Position numbers and translations under genes: made by a program
Assembly: GCA_000708835.1 (NCBI GenBank)
Contig: DF237124.1
Location: forward strand, 62,001 to 126,000
Source of the DNA: Klebsormidium nitens
Lineage: Eukaryota > Plantae > Klebsormidiophyceae
Direction: 5' to 3'
Length of the DNA: 64,000 nt
Notes under the pieces: model-generated
Database searches by the model: none
What the model saw: the letters and a program-made list of their open reading frames with translations, nothing else
Told to the model about the DNA's origin: nothing
Shown: piece after piece, positions 24,725-37,900 of the stretch
Layout of the letters: every line of letters begins with the position of its first letter
Position numbering within the stretch: the stretch's first letter is position 1

Positions 24725-25911
24725 GTACGGTAGGTACCTACCTACCGGTATGTACGGTTCCTTCCTAGGTACCGTATTTGCGGCCGAGCATCTTGCTACG
24801 TGGCAGCTTAAGTTTTGTCAACTGAATCCTGATAGACTTCGTTGATTTTGGGATACACCGGGATTATAGAAATCACAGGTGGGGTCCCACTCACAGCCAA
24901 TGGCAAGAGACACCGTACGTAGGGGAAAAGAAGAGAGAAAAGAGAAATAAATAGGTGGCAGCAAAAAGAGAGAAATTAGAATATATGACCAGACTTATAA
25001 GGAAGTATCCAAGTATTACCCGGATATCAAATGAGCCCCAGATGACCGGTTACCGTACGGTTGGCACACGGAGCATTTGAAAACCGATTATTATTTTGAG
25101 GTACTTTACAGATCCCCCAGCCTGCCGCCCATCGATCTTCTGTATCGGACGGTTGCAAACATATTCTGAATTTCAATGACGGGGTTTTCGCGTCACTATC
25201 CGTACACTTATAGTTGGCCGGCCTCCCTCTTGATCGACACGCGGCAAAATTAACACCGTCGATATTTGGACATGCGGCATTCTGAGTGGGACCAATAAAA
25301 GAGGATTTTGTCCGGCGTGCATATGCCCACTTGGTGATTCCGTACGTCTTTCATCCGTCACAGGTAAGATGAACAGAAAGTAAGCACTCATTTTCCACAA
25401 ATCTTGGTTTATCCTACCGGTAGGTACGGCACGACTGCCGAGGTAACTTCACAGGAGGGTAGATTCACCGAGTCGGAAACGAAAGCTGACGCGATGATCG
25501 AGTCATGATCGCTTTCTGGATGCAGAGAGAATGGTGGCTGGTCAGCTGGTGTGCTTCTGCCACAGCTTCCGCCCCATCCCTTCGTACGCCAAGAACCTGG
25601 CCGAGTGCAGCTGCTTCCGGCCCTTGGCATTGGCGTTCTGTGCTGTGGTGAAGTTCTCAGCACGGCCATGCATATGCACTAGAAGAGGTACAGCTACTAA
25701 GTATATTTATACGTGGATCATTCATAGAAGCCACGATGGTTTGAAGTTTGAACCTGCTTCCAGCATCAATCAAGCTGAAATCCTGTTGGTGGTGGCAGCT
25801 GGGGAGGCCGCTGCGAAGCCGGGAAGACGCATCTTTCTGCATGGTTGATGCGTGCCGTGCGGAGTTGCAGGATTGAGTTGTGTGAATGCCCTCGCTTCCT
25901 CCGTACCGTAC
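24725..25911. promoter_or_regulatory. Cluster of GTAC-core (CCGTAC/GTACGG) putative SBP/SPL binding sites upstream of the PDR gene
   Basis: CCGTAC or GTACGG at 24725, 24752, 24913, 25053, 25200, 25340, 25424, 25901 and 25906, plus bare GTAC at 24734, 24769 and 25101. Function is inferred only from motif identity. Confidence 0.45.
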
Positions 25912-25997
25912 TTTTGTTCGCTTGAGTTGTCTTACAGCTGTTGTTGTTTGAGTAAGAGATTATGCACTTGCTGCAAAGGGTCTGAGCACAGAGATCC

Positions 25998-28900
25998 ATG
26001 GACACCACTGGGAGCCTTGCCCTTCAGGGCGACAATTCCTTTGAGAGAGAGCATGGGGGGAGGCGCTCTTATGATGATGCCGTGGAGGGGTTGAATCCAT
26101 TCCGGGGGGAGAAAACGACGAATGCAGAGGGAGAGGATGATGATGAGGCGCTGCTGCGAGCGGCGCTGGAGCAGCTGCCAACGGGGTGAGAGAGAAAAAC
26201 AGTTCCCATACCACTTCTTCCTGGGCAAAAGGTTCGAGGAGTGCGAAAATACAGTGGCCTGAAGAGCTTGTTGAAGTTGCTTCATTGCTGATACGGGTAG
26301 ACCAGAAGAAGCTCCTTCAGCATGTGCCTGGCTTCTCTTGAGAAGACTGATGCAAATACCCTCTGTATAACATGCAATCTAGAGCAGGATCAAATCCTGA
26401 CATCCCTTGTGTCAAGAACAAGCAGATTGTAATAGAGGCAGATAGCATGTTATTTGTGGAACTTTAAAGTTTTGAAACAAGACTAGGAGCCCAGGCTGGA
26501 TCATCATCTCAATGAGATGATTAGGAAGGCGGCCAGGAAGGCGATTGCTGGCATTCTCAAGAATGCTCGTTTTGAGCTCATCTTAACAGAAGGAAACAGC
26601 AGCTGCTTCTTGATACTTGACCACCTTTTTGTGATATCATAATGAGTGTTGGGAAAAGTTGGTGTATCAGGGCTCATGTATCATAGCAGTATCGATCTGT
26701 CTGGTCTGGAGGGCCAACATATGGATCTTTTCTGGGTCTTGGAAGGGCTGCTCCAGTTTTCACTGCAAGCCGTGCTTCTGCTCTTAATTGGTTGGAATAA
26801 GTTACTTGCTTCCGGCCCCATCCTCTTCCAGGTCCCCAGAGGCCCGAAAGGTTGTCATTCTAACTTGCAAGCTTGACATCACCTTTGCCTTTAAGGAACT
26901 CTTATGGTATTTGATCACTTCCCCAGTAGTTAAACAGGACAAAAGGCAGTGTCGAACCCATCATCGCTCTGCACGATCAGAACTCACCACATTTTATTGT
27001 TTCTTGTCAGGTTGTAGATGCACAATGAGCCCTAACGAAACATTCTGTAGATGCACAATGAGCCCTACGAAAAGAGCAGGCGTTTCTGTGCCATGAGCCC
27101 GCTTCTTAGGTTGCGACAAGTTCACATCTTAGTGCCAGGGATTGAAGAAACACGCAACTAAGCTTCTGTTTCCCCCACAGCATTCGGGCGCAGACTGCTG
27201 TGGTTGGAAAGGAGCACAGGCCCCTTTTCGACCCCACCCGTGAGGCGCTTGTCAAGGAGGGCGGCCAGTTCTTTACGATTGATGTGAAGCACCTCACTGC
27301 GGCACAGCGGGAACATGTTGTCAGCAAGGCGCTGCAGACATCTGACCAGGACAATGAGCGCTTCCTCCAAAAGTGGCGCGAGCGCATGGACAGGTGTGTG
27401 ATGGCTTGTCCATGGGAATGTTTCTCGTTTGCCAGAGTTGGTGCGACAAAGGGAAACCGGCTGCTTAGTGCATCAGAGCGGGGGGTATGTGCTTTTGCAG
27501 CTGAGGTTGTATCGAGTGATGTATTGATCAAGTTGTCCTGAGATTGATGATCGGCGGAAGAAGTGGAGAAAGTGTGTACGGATGATCGGCGGAAGAAGTG
27601 GGACAAAGTGTGTAGGGAAAGAGTTGCGCGATTTGATGAGAAGGCGTAAGCAGTCTTCGTTGATGAGCTGAGAGAAGACAAGGGCAAATGTTTCTAAAGC
27701 ACATTCAAAAACTCGGTTCTTGTTGATAGGAAGCGCTGACGGGTAAGGTCTTGGAACGTTTTCGGCTTTGCATCAACGAGACACGAGTGACTTTGGTTTG
27801 ACCGTGTTTTGAACGAGGTGACTCTCTGGCGCGTTAATGACAAGACTCACAACTCTGCTCAGTCCCGATCATGTGCTTAGCAGTCCTGGGGTTCGTCTGT
27901 GACATGAAGTGAAAGGCCTGCTTTTTGGTCCAGGGTCGACTTGGAGCTTCCCAAAGTGGAAGTGGCCTATCACAACCTGACAGTCGAGGCCAACGTCTAC
28001 GTCGGAAGCCGCGCACTCCCCACCCTCATCAACTCGGTTCGCAACGTCTTCGAGGTCAGTATTAAGCTGCCGTCGAAGTTGGATCCGGATGGAGTTGGAC
28101 ATACCTCCCTCGGACATCTGTATCGCCCTCGAGCTAAGTTCGTGGGTTGTACGTTGTCGGCGAGGTTATGACAGGTGCTGTGATCATTCTTCTCCAAAAT
28201 TCCCGCTTGGCGTGTGCTTGATGTCCAGTCACGAGTCGAGTAGAAAGAGAAGATAGATATAGGTTGCTTCTCAGACTTGCTACTCATATATGGCTGTGGG
28301 GATTTGGGTGGGAACGGAGATTGAGCCGCGCCCTTTTGCCTTCCCAGTACACTCTTTTGCACTTTTTTGCATTTAATGACTACAAGCTTCCGCTTCTTTC
28401 CAGGACACCCTGTCGACCCTCCGCTTGAAGCGCACCAACAAGAGGAAGCTCACAATCCTTAACAACATCTCGGGCGTGCTCAAGCCGGTGAGGCCCCTTC
28501 GTTTGATCAGGCTTGTAGATACCATCGTCAGAAGTAACTCGAGAGTCCACTGGCACGATATACGAAACGCCTTCGCTTGCTGGCCATGTCAGAAAGCTGT
28601 TTGCATTTCATTACTCGAGGAATCGACACTGGCGGGGGGTCTTCAGGGCTTCTGAAGTATACTTCGTTGCTCCGCACATACATTCTAACATTCTTGAGAA
28701 GCCTCAAGCTTAATCTCTCTGGAATGTCAGCCTTCGCAATCAGATCTTGAAAGTCCGCTATTCACCTGAAACCGGCCTTGCAAAAGGTTTCGTTGAGGCT
28801 GCCATCTTGCAAACAACTTCTTTGTATCCCAAGCGGAGAGTCTCGATTCAGAGTGTTTTGTCACTATTCGGCCTCTTCTTTTCAGCAGGGATGTGCTTCA

Positions 28901-31900
28901 TCCAAGTGACGATATTTTACGTCGTATCTGATTCGACGGGTATCCCCATCTGACCCACCGTCTTTTTCTCTTCCAGGGGCGCCTGACGCTGCTCCTTGGG
29001 CCCCCCAGTTCCGGCAAGAGCACGCTCCTCCTGGCCCTCGCTGGCAAGGCCACGAGCGACCTCAAACTGACGGGCGACATCCTGTACAACGGACACCACT
29101 TCGACGAGTTCGTCGCAAAGCGCACGGCTGCATACGTGCCGCAGAACGACAAGCACATTGGGGAGCTGACGGTGCGCGAGACGCTCGACTTTGCGGCGCA
29201 GTGCCAGGGAGTGGGGGACAAGGAAGGTGCGCAAGCTGTGGAAGTTGTAACCTAGAGTCGCTCATTGAGATGCCGTCTGAGAGTTGAACTGGTGTTTTTT
29301 CTCTCCCAAACCATGCCGCTTTCAGCAGTCTGGCTGCCAGATCCTGGCTAGCCCTCTGACCTTGTCAGTGAGACCTCGGTGGTTGTTGAACAACGAGGGA
29401 GCGTTAAACCGGGGCCCTCGAAACCAGTACTAGCGGTTGAACTCATGATTCTGCGTCAAGGCCACCTTCTTAACGCCGTTCCTACCACTCGTGAAGATGC
29501 GAGCTTACCAACTTCTCGTCATCCTCGCCCGCAGAGATGCTTCGAGAGCTGTCGCGGCGCGAGGTGCGCAAGCGCATCCTGCCGGACCCGGACATCGACG
29601 CGTACATGAAGGCGGCGGCCATCTCGGGGCGGCAGCATAGCGTGGTCACGGAGTACATCCAGAAGATTCTGGGGCTCGACATCTGCGCCGACACAATCGT
29701 CGGGAACGAGATGCTGCGCGGTATCTCGGGGGGGCAGCGCAAGCGGGTCACCACCGGTGAGGATTCTTTTGCGCGGTTCTGGAGATTGGAAATTGAGTGT
29801 CAGATAGTCAGGTTATTGAAGGACATACAACGGGATAAAGTTTTGGGACCGATATTGCGGCTGCCGCCGTTGCGTTGAGCAGCGAGTCTGCATTCTTTGG
29901 CTGCGCTTCTCATGGAGCATACCCGCTGACTGCGGCAGCTGTATCACAATTCTGTCCGAATTTCCTTTAGCTAGCTTCTCACTCGCTTGCGCTGTCGATT
30001 TACAGGCGAGATGATCGTCGGCTCCAAGAAGATACTATTCATGGTAAGGATCGGTCAGCCCGCATCTGGTATCCTGGCACATGCTTCGCGATGCGCAAGG
30101 CCGCGACTTGCCTCTTTCGGTTCAGTCGTTTCCAAACGCTAAAGAATGCAACTTCTGTTTGGTGCTCCCTTCTCACCTTTTATCTTCATTCGTGCCTTAC
30201 CCGACCTAGTCAAAGTATCCGCAGCTCCCAAACTTGTCGTCACTCGACTATATCAATGTCCGCCCGCTCCTTTTCAGGACGAAATCAGCACGGGCCTGGA
30301 CAGCGCGACAACGTACCAGATCGTGCGGTGCATCCGCAACTTCGTGCACCTGCAGGACGCGACCGTCCTCGTCTCGCTCCTCCAGCCCGCGCCGGAGGCC
30401 TTCGAGCAGTTCGATGATGTCATCCTGCTCAGCGAGGGCAGCCTGGTGTACCACGGCCCGCGCGGCCGCATCCTCGAGTTCTTCGAGATGCTCGGATTCC
30501 GCTGCCCCGAGCGGAAGGGCATCGCGGACTTTCTGCAGGAGGTCACCTCGCTCAAGGACCAGCAGGTGAGGCGCAAAAGTGCTCATAATCAGAATCGAGG
30601 GTGTTCGGCTCTACAAACTTTGCTTGTACTCTCTGCGATTTCGGGGTCAGTGTTGGGGCTGTCCTGATATCGTTCTGCTGTGAGAATCTCGAAACGCTCG
30701 CAGGCTCGAAGATTTGAAGACATCTAAATACGATCTACGATCTCTTTGTCGGATTGTTGAAGCACTGTTGCATGTCCCTCTCAAGCTGAGTTGTAGCGAC
30801 CTTGAACTGGATCACGTGTCACCACCGCGAACTTACCTTTGGACTGTTGCCTACCACTTCCCAGCCGACAATCCTTTCTGTTCCTTGTGCAGCAATACTG
30901 GGCCCGCGGCACGCCGTACAAATTCGTCCCCGTAGACACTTTCGCAGAGGCGTTCCAGAAGTGGGACCTGGGCCGGGAGCTGACGGCGGCTGCGGCGGCG
31001 CCTTATGATAAGGCGGCAGGCCACCAGTCGGCGCTGGTGCGCACGCAGTATGCGCTGCGGTCGTGGGACATGTTCAAGGCGACCATGAAGCGCGAATGGA
31101 CGCTCATGGTCCGCAACCGCTTCCTCTACATCTTCCGCACCTTCCAGGTCAGTGGGAGATTTGCGAAGAAACGGAACGGAACGGAACGGAACGGACGTTT
31201 TGCTTGCTCAAGGTCTTGGTGGACTCGCTTTGATTTATCTCAGGGGATACTGTGAGGGAGCGACTGCGCTTCTTGCCTCGGGGTGTTCTGACGTCTTTTT
31301 TTGAGTGCTGGCCGGTGCTGGCCGGGCTTCTTGAAAATCAGTAGCATTCGTTGGGGCGCGCGCTCTTCCCGGAAGTATGCAGGAAGAAAGTATTTAGAGG
31401 CCCCTCTTTGTTTCAAGATATCTGCGACTCAGGCATGTTAACTTCCCAGCCAATCAAGCACAATGGGAGTTGGTTTCGTGTCGCCCCAGTTCCATCTCCG
31501 GCAAGTCGACTCCCTGCCTTGCCATGCCCCTCCCAAGCAATCCTTTTCCGCCTTTGTTTCTGCAGGTCTTTTACGTGTCGCTGATCACGAGCACGCTCTT
31601 CTTCCGCACCAGGATCTCCCCCAACAGCGTCAACGACGGCAACCTGTACATGGGCGTCCTCTTCTTCAGCCTCATCTTCATGATGTTCAACGGCTTCTCC
31701 GAGATGTCCATCATGGTAAGACAATGTTGGAGTTTAGTGAGAACCCGCCTAGCAGTTTTGGCAGTAGAGAACTTTTCAATCTGTGTCGCATCTCGCTAGC
31801 AGGAGAGGGAATAGTCCCATCAACTTTACAGAGGAGCCGTACCGCTTTTTGATGCCAGTATATCGCTTCATGGACAGCGTCGGACGTCTTCAAGCTGCTG

Positions 31901-34900
31901 CTTCGGATGTTTTTGTAGATTCCTCGGCTGAAAAGCGGTCCTCACTTCACCCTTTTGCCACGTTTCTTCAGACCACACTTCCAAATAGAGTATTCAACCC
32001 TCCAATCAAGACCTTCGGGTCCTTAATCTCAATTATCAGATCACCAATGACTGATTCATCCCGCACATTGCGCAGATTGCACGGCTGCCCGTGTTCTACA
32101 AGCAGCGCGACAACAACTTTTTCCCGGGCTGGGCGTTCAACCTGCCCATTGCCATCCTGCGCGTACCCTACTCCGTGGTCGAGGCCATCGTCTGGTCTTG
32201 CGTCGTGTACTGGGTTGTCGGCCTCGCCCCTGAAGCGGGCAGGTGAGTCCAGAACCGCTAAGAAGCCGGTGTTGATTTTCAAAACTCTTCAGCCCTATTC
32301 GGCCTCATACCGACGCGTTTGGATCACAGCTGGATTTGTGTTCTTATATTCAAGCCTCGTATGCTCATGCCGAGAACCATTGTGTTGCCGGGCTTTAGAT
32401 CCAGGCTTGGTGTATAGATGGTCTACTATCACCAGGTCATAAGTGCCCACAGGTGCGTAACTCGTGTGCTCGTTGAGCTAAGTTACATTCAATCAGCTTC
32501 AAACACCAACATTCAATCGGGGCAGAGTTTGCAGAACGAGCCAATGATCTTGGATCTTCAACGGCGAATAGTGAGACTGAGGTCACGAATGGCCGCCGCA
32601 AGCATGTTGCAACGCCCGTGTTCCTCCCCATCGCTTCCGATCCACCATAGATTTCATATACCTACCTCTCTCGTCACCTTTCGCCGCAGGTTCTTCACGT
32701 TCATGCTCATCATGTTCCTGATGCACAACCTGTCGGTGTCGCTCTTCCGCCTCATCGGCGCCGTCAGCCGCAGCATGGTGCTCGCCAACACCTTCGGCGC
32801 CTTCATCATCCTGCTCGTCTTCCTCCTCGGCGGCTTCATCATCGACAAACGTGAGCGCCGCTCTCCGGCACGCTTGCGACATGCCGTTTCTCCCTCGTTT
32901 GCTTTTCTGCAAATGCTGAAGCATTTTGAATGTCTAACTTGCTTGAGTAACGGGACTGGGTGACATAGGAAGCCTAAACTGGTCCTAAATCCGGTCATGG
33001 ACCTCCTTTTTACCAAGCTTCAAACCCGAATCTTTCAAGCTAACCCTTTAGGCCCGTCATCTAAAATTGGAGAGTGCAGAACATTTGCTGCGACGTTCGT
33101 GCAGGGGACATCGAGCCCTGGTGGGTGTGGGCCTACTGGATTGTGCCCCTCAGCTACGCTCAAAATGCGGTGGCAGTCAACGAGTTTACGGCGCCTCGCT
33201 GGAACAAGGTGAGGCCCACAGCGCCTTCCATCCGTCCGTGTGCATCATATAGCTCTAGGGCTTTGACGGCCCTGGTCAAGATCTCAACTTCTTCCTCGTT
33301 GACTATCTCTGTCGGTCGCTGCCTCCGGCTTGTCCTTGCGTCACCATAGTCAGGCCGACTGAGGTTGAGACAATGTGCAGAGATGGCCTCCCAGCCAGAC
33401 TCGCTGAAGAGGCTTCCAGCCGAATCGCGCCAGGCGACGGCTTAAGCTTGTGGTGTCACCCGGATGACTATCCCCATTCTTCGTCCCCTCCTTCTGATCT
33501 TGAATTGACATCGACTCTGACGTCTACGTTCCTCACTAAACGTTTCTACAGTACAACTACCTACCTGCATGGCACAAACCGAGATCTTTATCCCATCTTT
33601 TTCTTTACTCGCTGTTCAAACGCACTGTACACCTTTTTCCCTACCAGCCGTACCAGTACAACTTCGTGCGCGGCACGGACGCCACGCTGGGCCAGACCGT
33701 GCTGCAGAACCGGGCCATACACGAGCCCAATTGGTGGATCTGGCTCGGGGTCGGGGTTATGGCCGCTTACGTCATCCTCTTCAACGTGGGCGTCAGCCTG
33801 GCGCTCGCTTACCTGCCACGTGAGTGCCCAGCATTCGAAAGGTCCGGCTGCACCACGACACATGGAATTGTCGGAAGTTCAGATTATCAAGCTGCGGATT
33901 GGTGTCGTGTGGAAAGAAAAAGTGCTCAGACGTAGGAACACTTCTCGTGCGAGAGCTTCTTTTTTTCAGAATCTCAAAATGGTGAACACGTCACTTTCTT
34001 CACGACGCCCCTGTTAGAACTACCTTGTTATGTGTTGTCTTGAAGTACGGCGTAGTTCGCTAGCTGCAGACGGAAGTTACTTCGAACTCAACACGAGATA
34101 TGAGTATTTCAAAAGCTTTTGCCACGATAACAATGAGCAACCCGCACCGAAAACCCCGCTTGACTGCTTTTTTTCCCTTCCCCCTGCAGCTGTGGGCCGG
34201 CCGCAGGCTGTCCTCGGCGAAGAGGAGCTGCGCAACAAGGAGAAGGCCCGCCAGGGCGTCGACCACAAGGGCGACGTCGAGATGACGTCATCCATTGCGC
34301 CCGCCGGTGGCGAGGTGGCCGGCGCTTCCGCCGCCGCCGACCTTGAGTGGGGCCCCCGGGAGCTGCGCCAGGCCCCATCGATGTCCCCGGTAGACGAGGA
34401 TGGTGCTGACGTCAGCGCAAATGGCGCTGACGTCATCACGAACGGTGCTGGCGTCAGCACAAGCGCAACGGGAAATGGTGCCGCCGAGGGGAGCGGGATC
34501 CGAGGCGGGGCCGCCCGGATTGGGCGCAAGATCGACCTTTCGAACAGCACGATTCAAAAGTTCCAAAACGCGGGAGCCGCAATACCGACGACGGGGATGA
34601 TTTTGCCGTTTGAGCCCATGGCGATGACGTTCCACAACGTCAACTACTACGTAGATATGCCCAAGGTGAGATTTGTGAGTTGTGGTTTCCAAGTTTGTTG
34701 TATGAAATGGATGAGCGGAAAATGGAGAAAGCATGCGTGTCTGGAAGTGAAGAAGAACTTCGCATCGCTCGTCTCTGAAGTTGAATATGGGCCTTGCAAG
34801 AAGTGGGCTATACTTGGATGAAGACGAATCTGTAAAAAAGGAGGGTCGTTTTGCAGTTGTGGGATGCGATGAGGCAACTTCTTCCTACTTCAATGGGGCC

Positions 34901-37900
34901 TGGCGACAATGCCATCTTTTGGTCAGGGTATGCTGCTTCGTACTTGCCTGTTGGTCGCATGCACGAATCCTCAGCAAAGGCAAGTTTACGAAGTCAGGAC
35001 TCATCGGTTCCAGAGCAACTTGGCTGTTCTAAGTTGACACTGTTTTACTGAGGTGCAGAACGTCCTGGACGAGCACGGCAAGCCACGTGGCGGCCGCCTG
35101 CAGCTGCTCCGCAACGTGAGCGGGGCGTTCCGGCCGGGCGTGCTGACGGCCCTCATCGGAGTCACGGGGGCGGGGAAGACGACGCTGCTGGACGTGCTGG
35201 CGGGCAGGAAAACAGGTGGGTGGGCGGCGCCTCTCTGATCCGTTACTTTGTAGGACTTTCCGTTCTAGTAGTCGGTTCGACGAAGTTTGGATGGTCACAA
35301 AGCTCTCTCTGAGTCCCTAGTGATAACTCTTGGTTGAGAGATTCGGCTGCTGGGTTATTCTCAATGATAAGTGCCCTGCAAGCCCCGGTGCACAGAAGGA
35401 GAAGGAATAAAAGCATTCTTGTGAGGTGACGCTTACAAAGTCGCTTTCAGTGACGCTTCCAGTCTGCTACGCGAAGTATCTCAAGAGAGAAACACTTTTT
35501 GCAAACGAGAGAGGCACGCTTTTTCTTGCTCAATTCTCGGCGGACACTAACTGCAGCATGTTCGAGATTTTTCCGAATAACAGCAAATGTTCATGCTCGT
35601 CCTTTCTGCTCTCCACCCCGTTACTAATTGACAGCACTTGTTTCGCCCCTCGCACTTCTCTCCTGCTTCTTCAATCGACCGCTTCTTTTGACCCCTTTTC
35701 CAGCTCCTTCCATGTCTCCAACTGACACCAACCATAAATCTCGTCGTGCCTGCTCAGGCGGCTACATCGAGGGCGAATTGCGCGTCGGCGGGCACCCCAA
35801 GGAGCAGGCCACGTTTGCGCGCATCGCTGGTTACGTGGAGCAGTTTGACATCCACTCCCCGCAGACCACCGTGCACGAGGCCCTCCAGTTCTCTGCAGCG
35901 CTGCGGCTGCCGGCCAACATCGACCCCGCCATGCGCGAAGTGAGCAAGCGTCTCCTTTCCATCATTTTTGTTCGACGCTGCGTTCGAAGCTGCGAGTGTT
36001 CGTAGGGAAGTTCTGAAGGACGAAAGGTTTTGAGTTTTATTGAGACTTCTTTCAAGGTGTTTCACAGGTGATTTATACGCTGTAGTAAGCATATTCGTAA
36101 GTCAAAGCTTCGAATTTATTAGTGCGTGCCCAGAAGCAGTTAGAAGTAGATTGGTTGACTTTCTTGGCAACGATTTGGGCAAAGGGTTCGGAATCAAGAA
36201 AACTCTCGGGACTCCGCAGGAAGCCCTTGCAGGATCTTTCAAACAGACTCCAATTTTCTTCTTCCTTACGTTCAATACCGGTGCTAGCAGCTGGCCATCA
36301 TCTTGTCATTGAGATCACCAAGTGTTGCCACACACCCCGAGCCCCTGCCATATTTGCTCCCAACAGTTCCCACAACGCCATTGCCTTCGCTTCCTTTCCG
36401 GCTTCACCTTCTGGTCCCGTCCAGCCGTCCGACCTGTCGTCAACCATCCCCGCCACGCTGACGTCATCCCGCCACGTGTCGTGCAGCAATTCGTTGAGCA
36501 GGTGATGGACCTGGTGGAGCTGGCGCCTCTGCGCAACGCGCTGGTGGGCCTGCCCGGGATAAGTGGGCTCAGCGTGGAGCAGCGCAAGCGGCTCACCATC
36601 GCGGTCGAGCTGGTGGCCAACCCCTCCATCATCTTCATGGACGAGCCGACGTCAGGTGAGGCGCAGAGAGTGACGTCACCGGTCTTTCTCGATCAACACC
36701 CAATGTGAAGTTATAGAAGTGACTGTAGCCCTGTCGTGGGGGTTTGATGGCAGCTTCGTGTGTATCTTGATGGTAGCTTCTTGTGCATCTTCCCAACAGA
36801 GTTTCGATAGAAAAGGAGAGAAGGTGGGCTAGTATGCGGCTGGTCTCTCCGTTTGATGTGAGTTGTAGGTGCAGAGCTGTGGACGAAAGGAAAGAACTTG
36901 TACGAATGATCCCGGAAAGGGAAACATATTTTGGAAGGCGGAAGGACGGAGAAGGGAAGACAGCTTAAGCAACTTGGAACACATAGCCATAGTTGAGCAG
37001 AATTATGCTGACCGATGCCGCCCCAACGTAATCCACCGGGCCCATTTTCTCCGATGGATCGCATTCAAAACCGCCGATCCCGTCTGTTGCCAGGCTTAGA
37101 CACGCACGGGGTGCGCAACGTAGCACCAAAACACCACGGCTTTGACCATCGACGTGTCAGGAGCAAAATTTTGAAGCATCGAAACCTGTTCTGTCAGACC
37201 TGGACGCGCGCGCGGCGGCGATAGTGATGCGCGCGGTGCGCAACGTGGCTCCTAAAACGCCAGCTACAATTCTTTCCATATTCCTCTCAGGAACAATAGC
37301 ATAACTTCAAACAAAATCCTGTTCTGTCAGGCCTGGACGCACGCGCTGCCGCGATCGTGATGCGCGCGGTGCGCAACGTGGTGGACACGGGCCGCACGGT
37401 GGTGTGCACCATCCACCAGCCAAGCATCGACATCTTCGAGGCGTTCGACGAGCTGCTGCTTATGAAGCGCGGCGGGCAGGTCGTCTACGCGGGGCCGCTC
37501 GGGGACCACTCGCTGCGCCTCATCGAGTACTTCCAGGTGGGCGCCTGACATTTGCCACTTGTCTGAGACCGTGGAATTCCTAGGAAGCTGTCTTGCTTGA
37601 GATTCGTGTTTCGTGCTTAACTTTCAAATATCTGAACGAGAAGATTTTTTTGTTATCTTCGAAAGTCGCCGCGCCTCATCAAAGATCCTGAGGTGGGCTC
37701 CCGTTTTTACTCTGGAAGGTTGCAATCCATCTGTTGTCGTCGTTGGTTGGTCATATTCATGATCCGGTATCTTAACGGGAGCTGCTGGTCCTGTACTGTG
37801 GGCATGTTCTTTAAGCAAGCTTCAGTCACGTGTCCCTCTCTTTCCATAGTGCTGCTTCCAGCCGTTCATAATCCACAGAAGGACACACAAGGACGACGGT

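Noticed and set aside
25409-25850. Protein-like short ORFs upstream of the PDR start
   Set aside because: They fall within the probable 5'-UTR intron and have no motif support.
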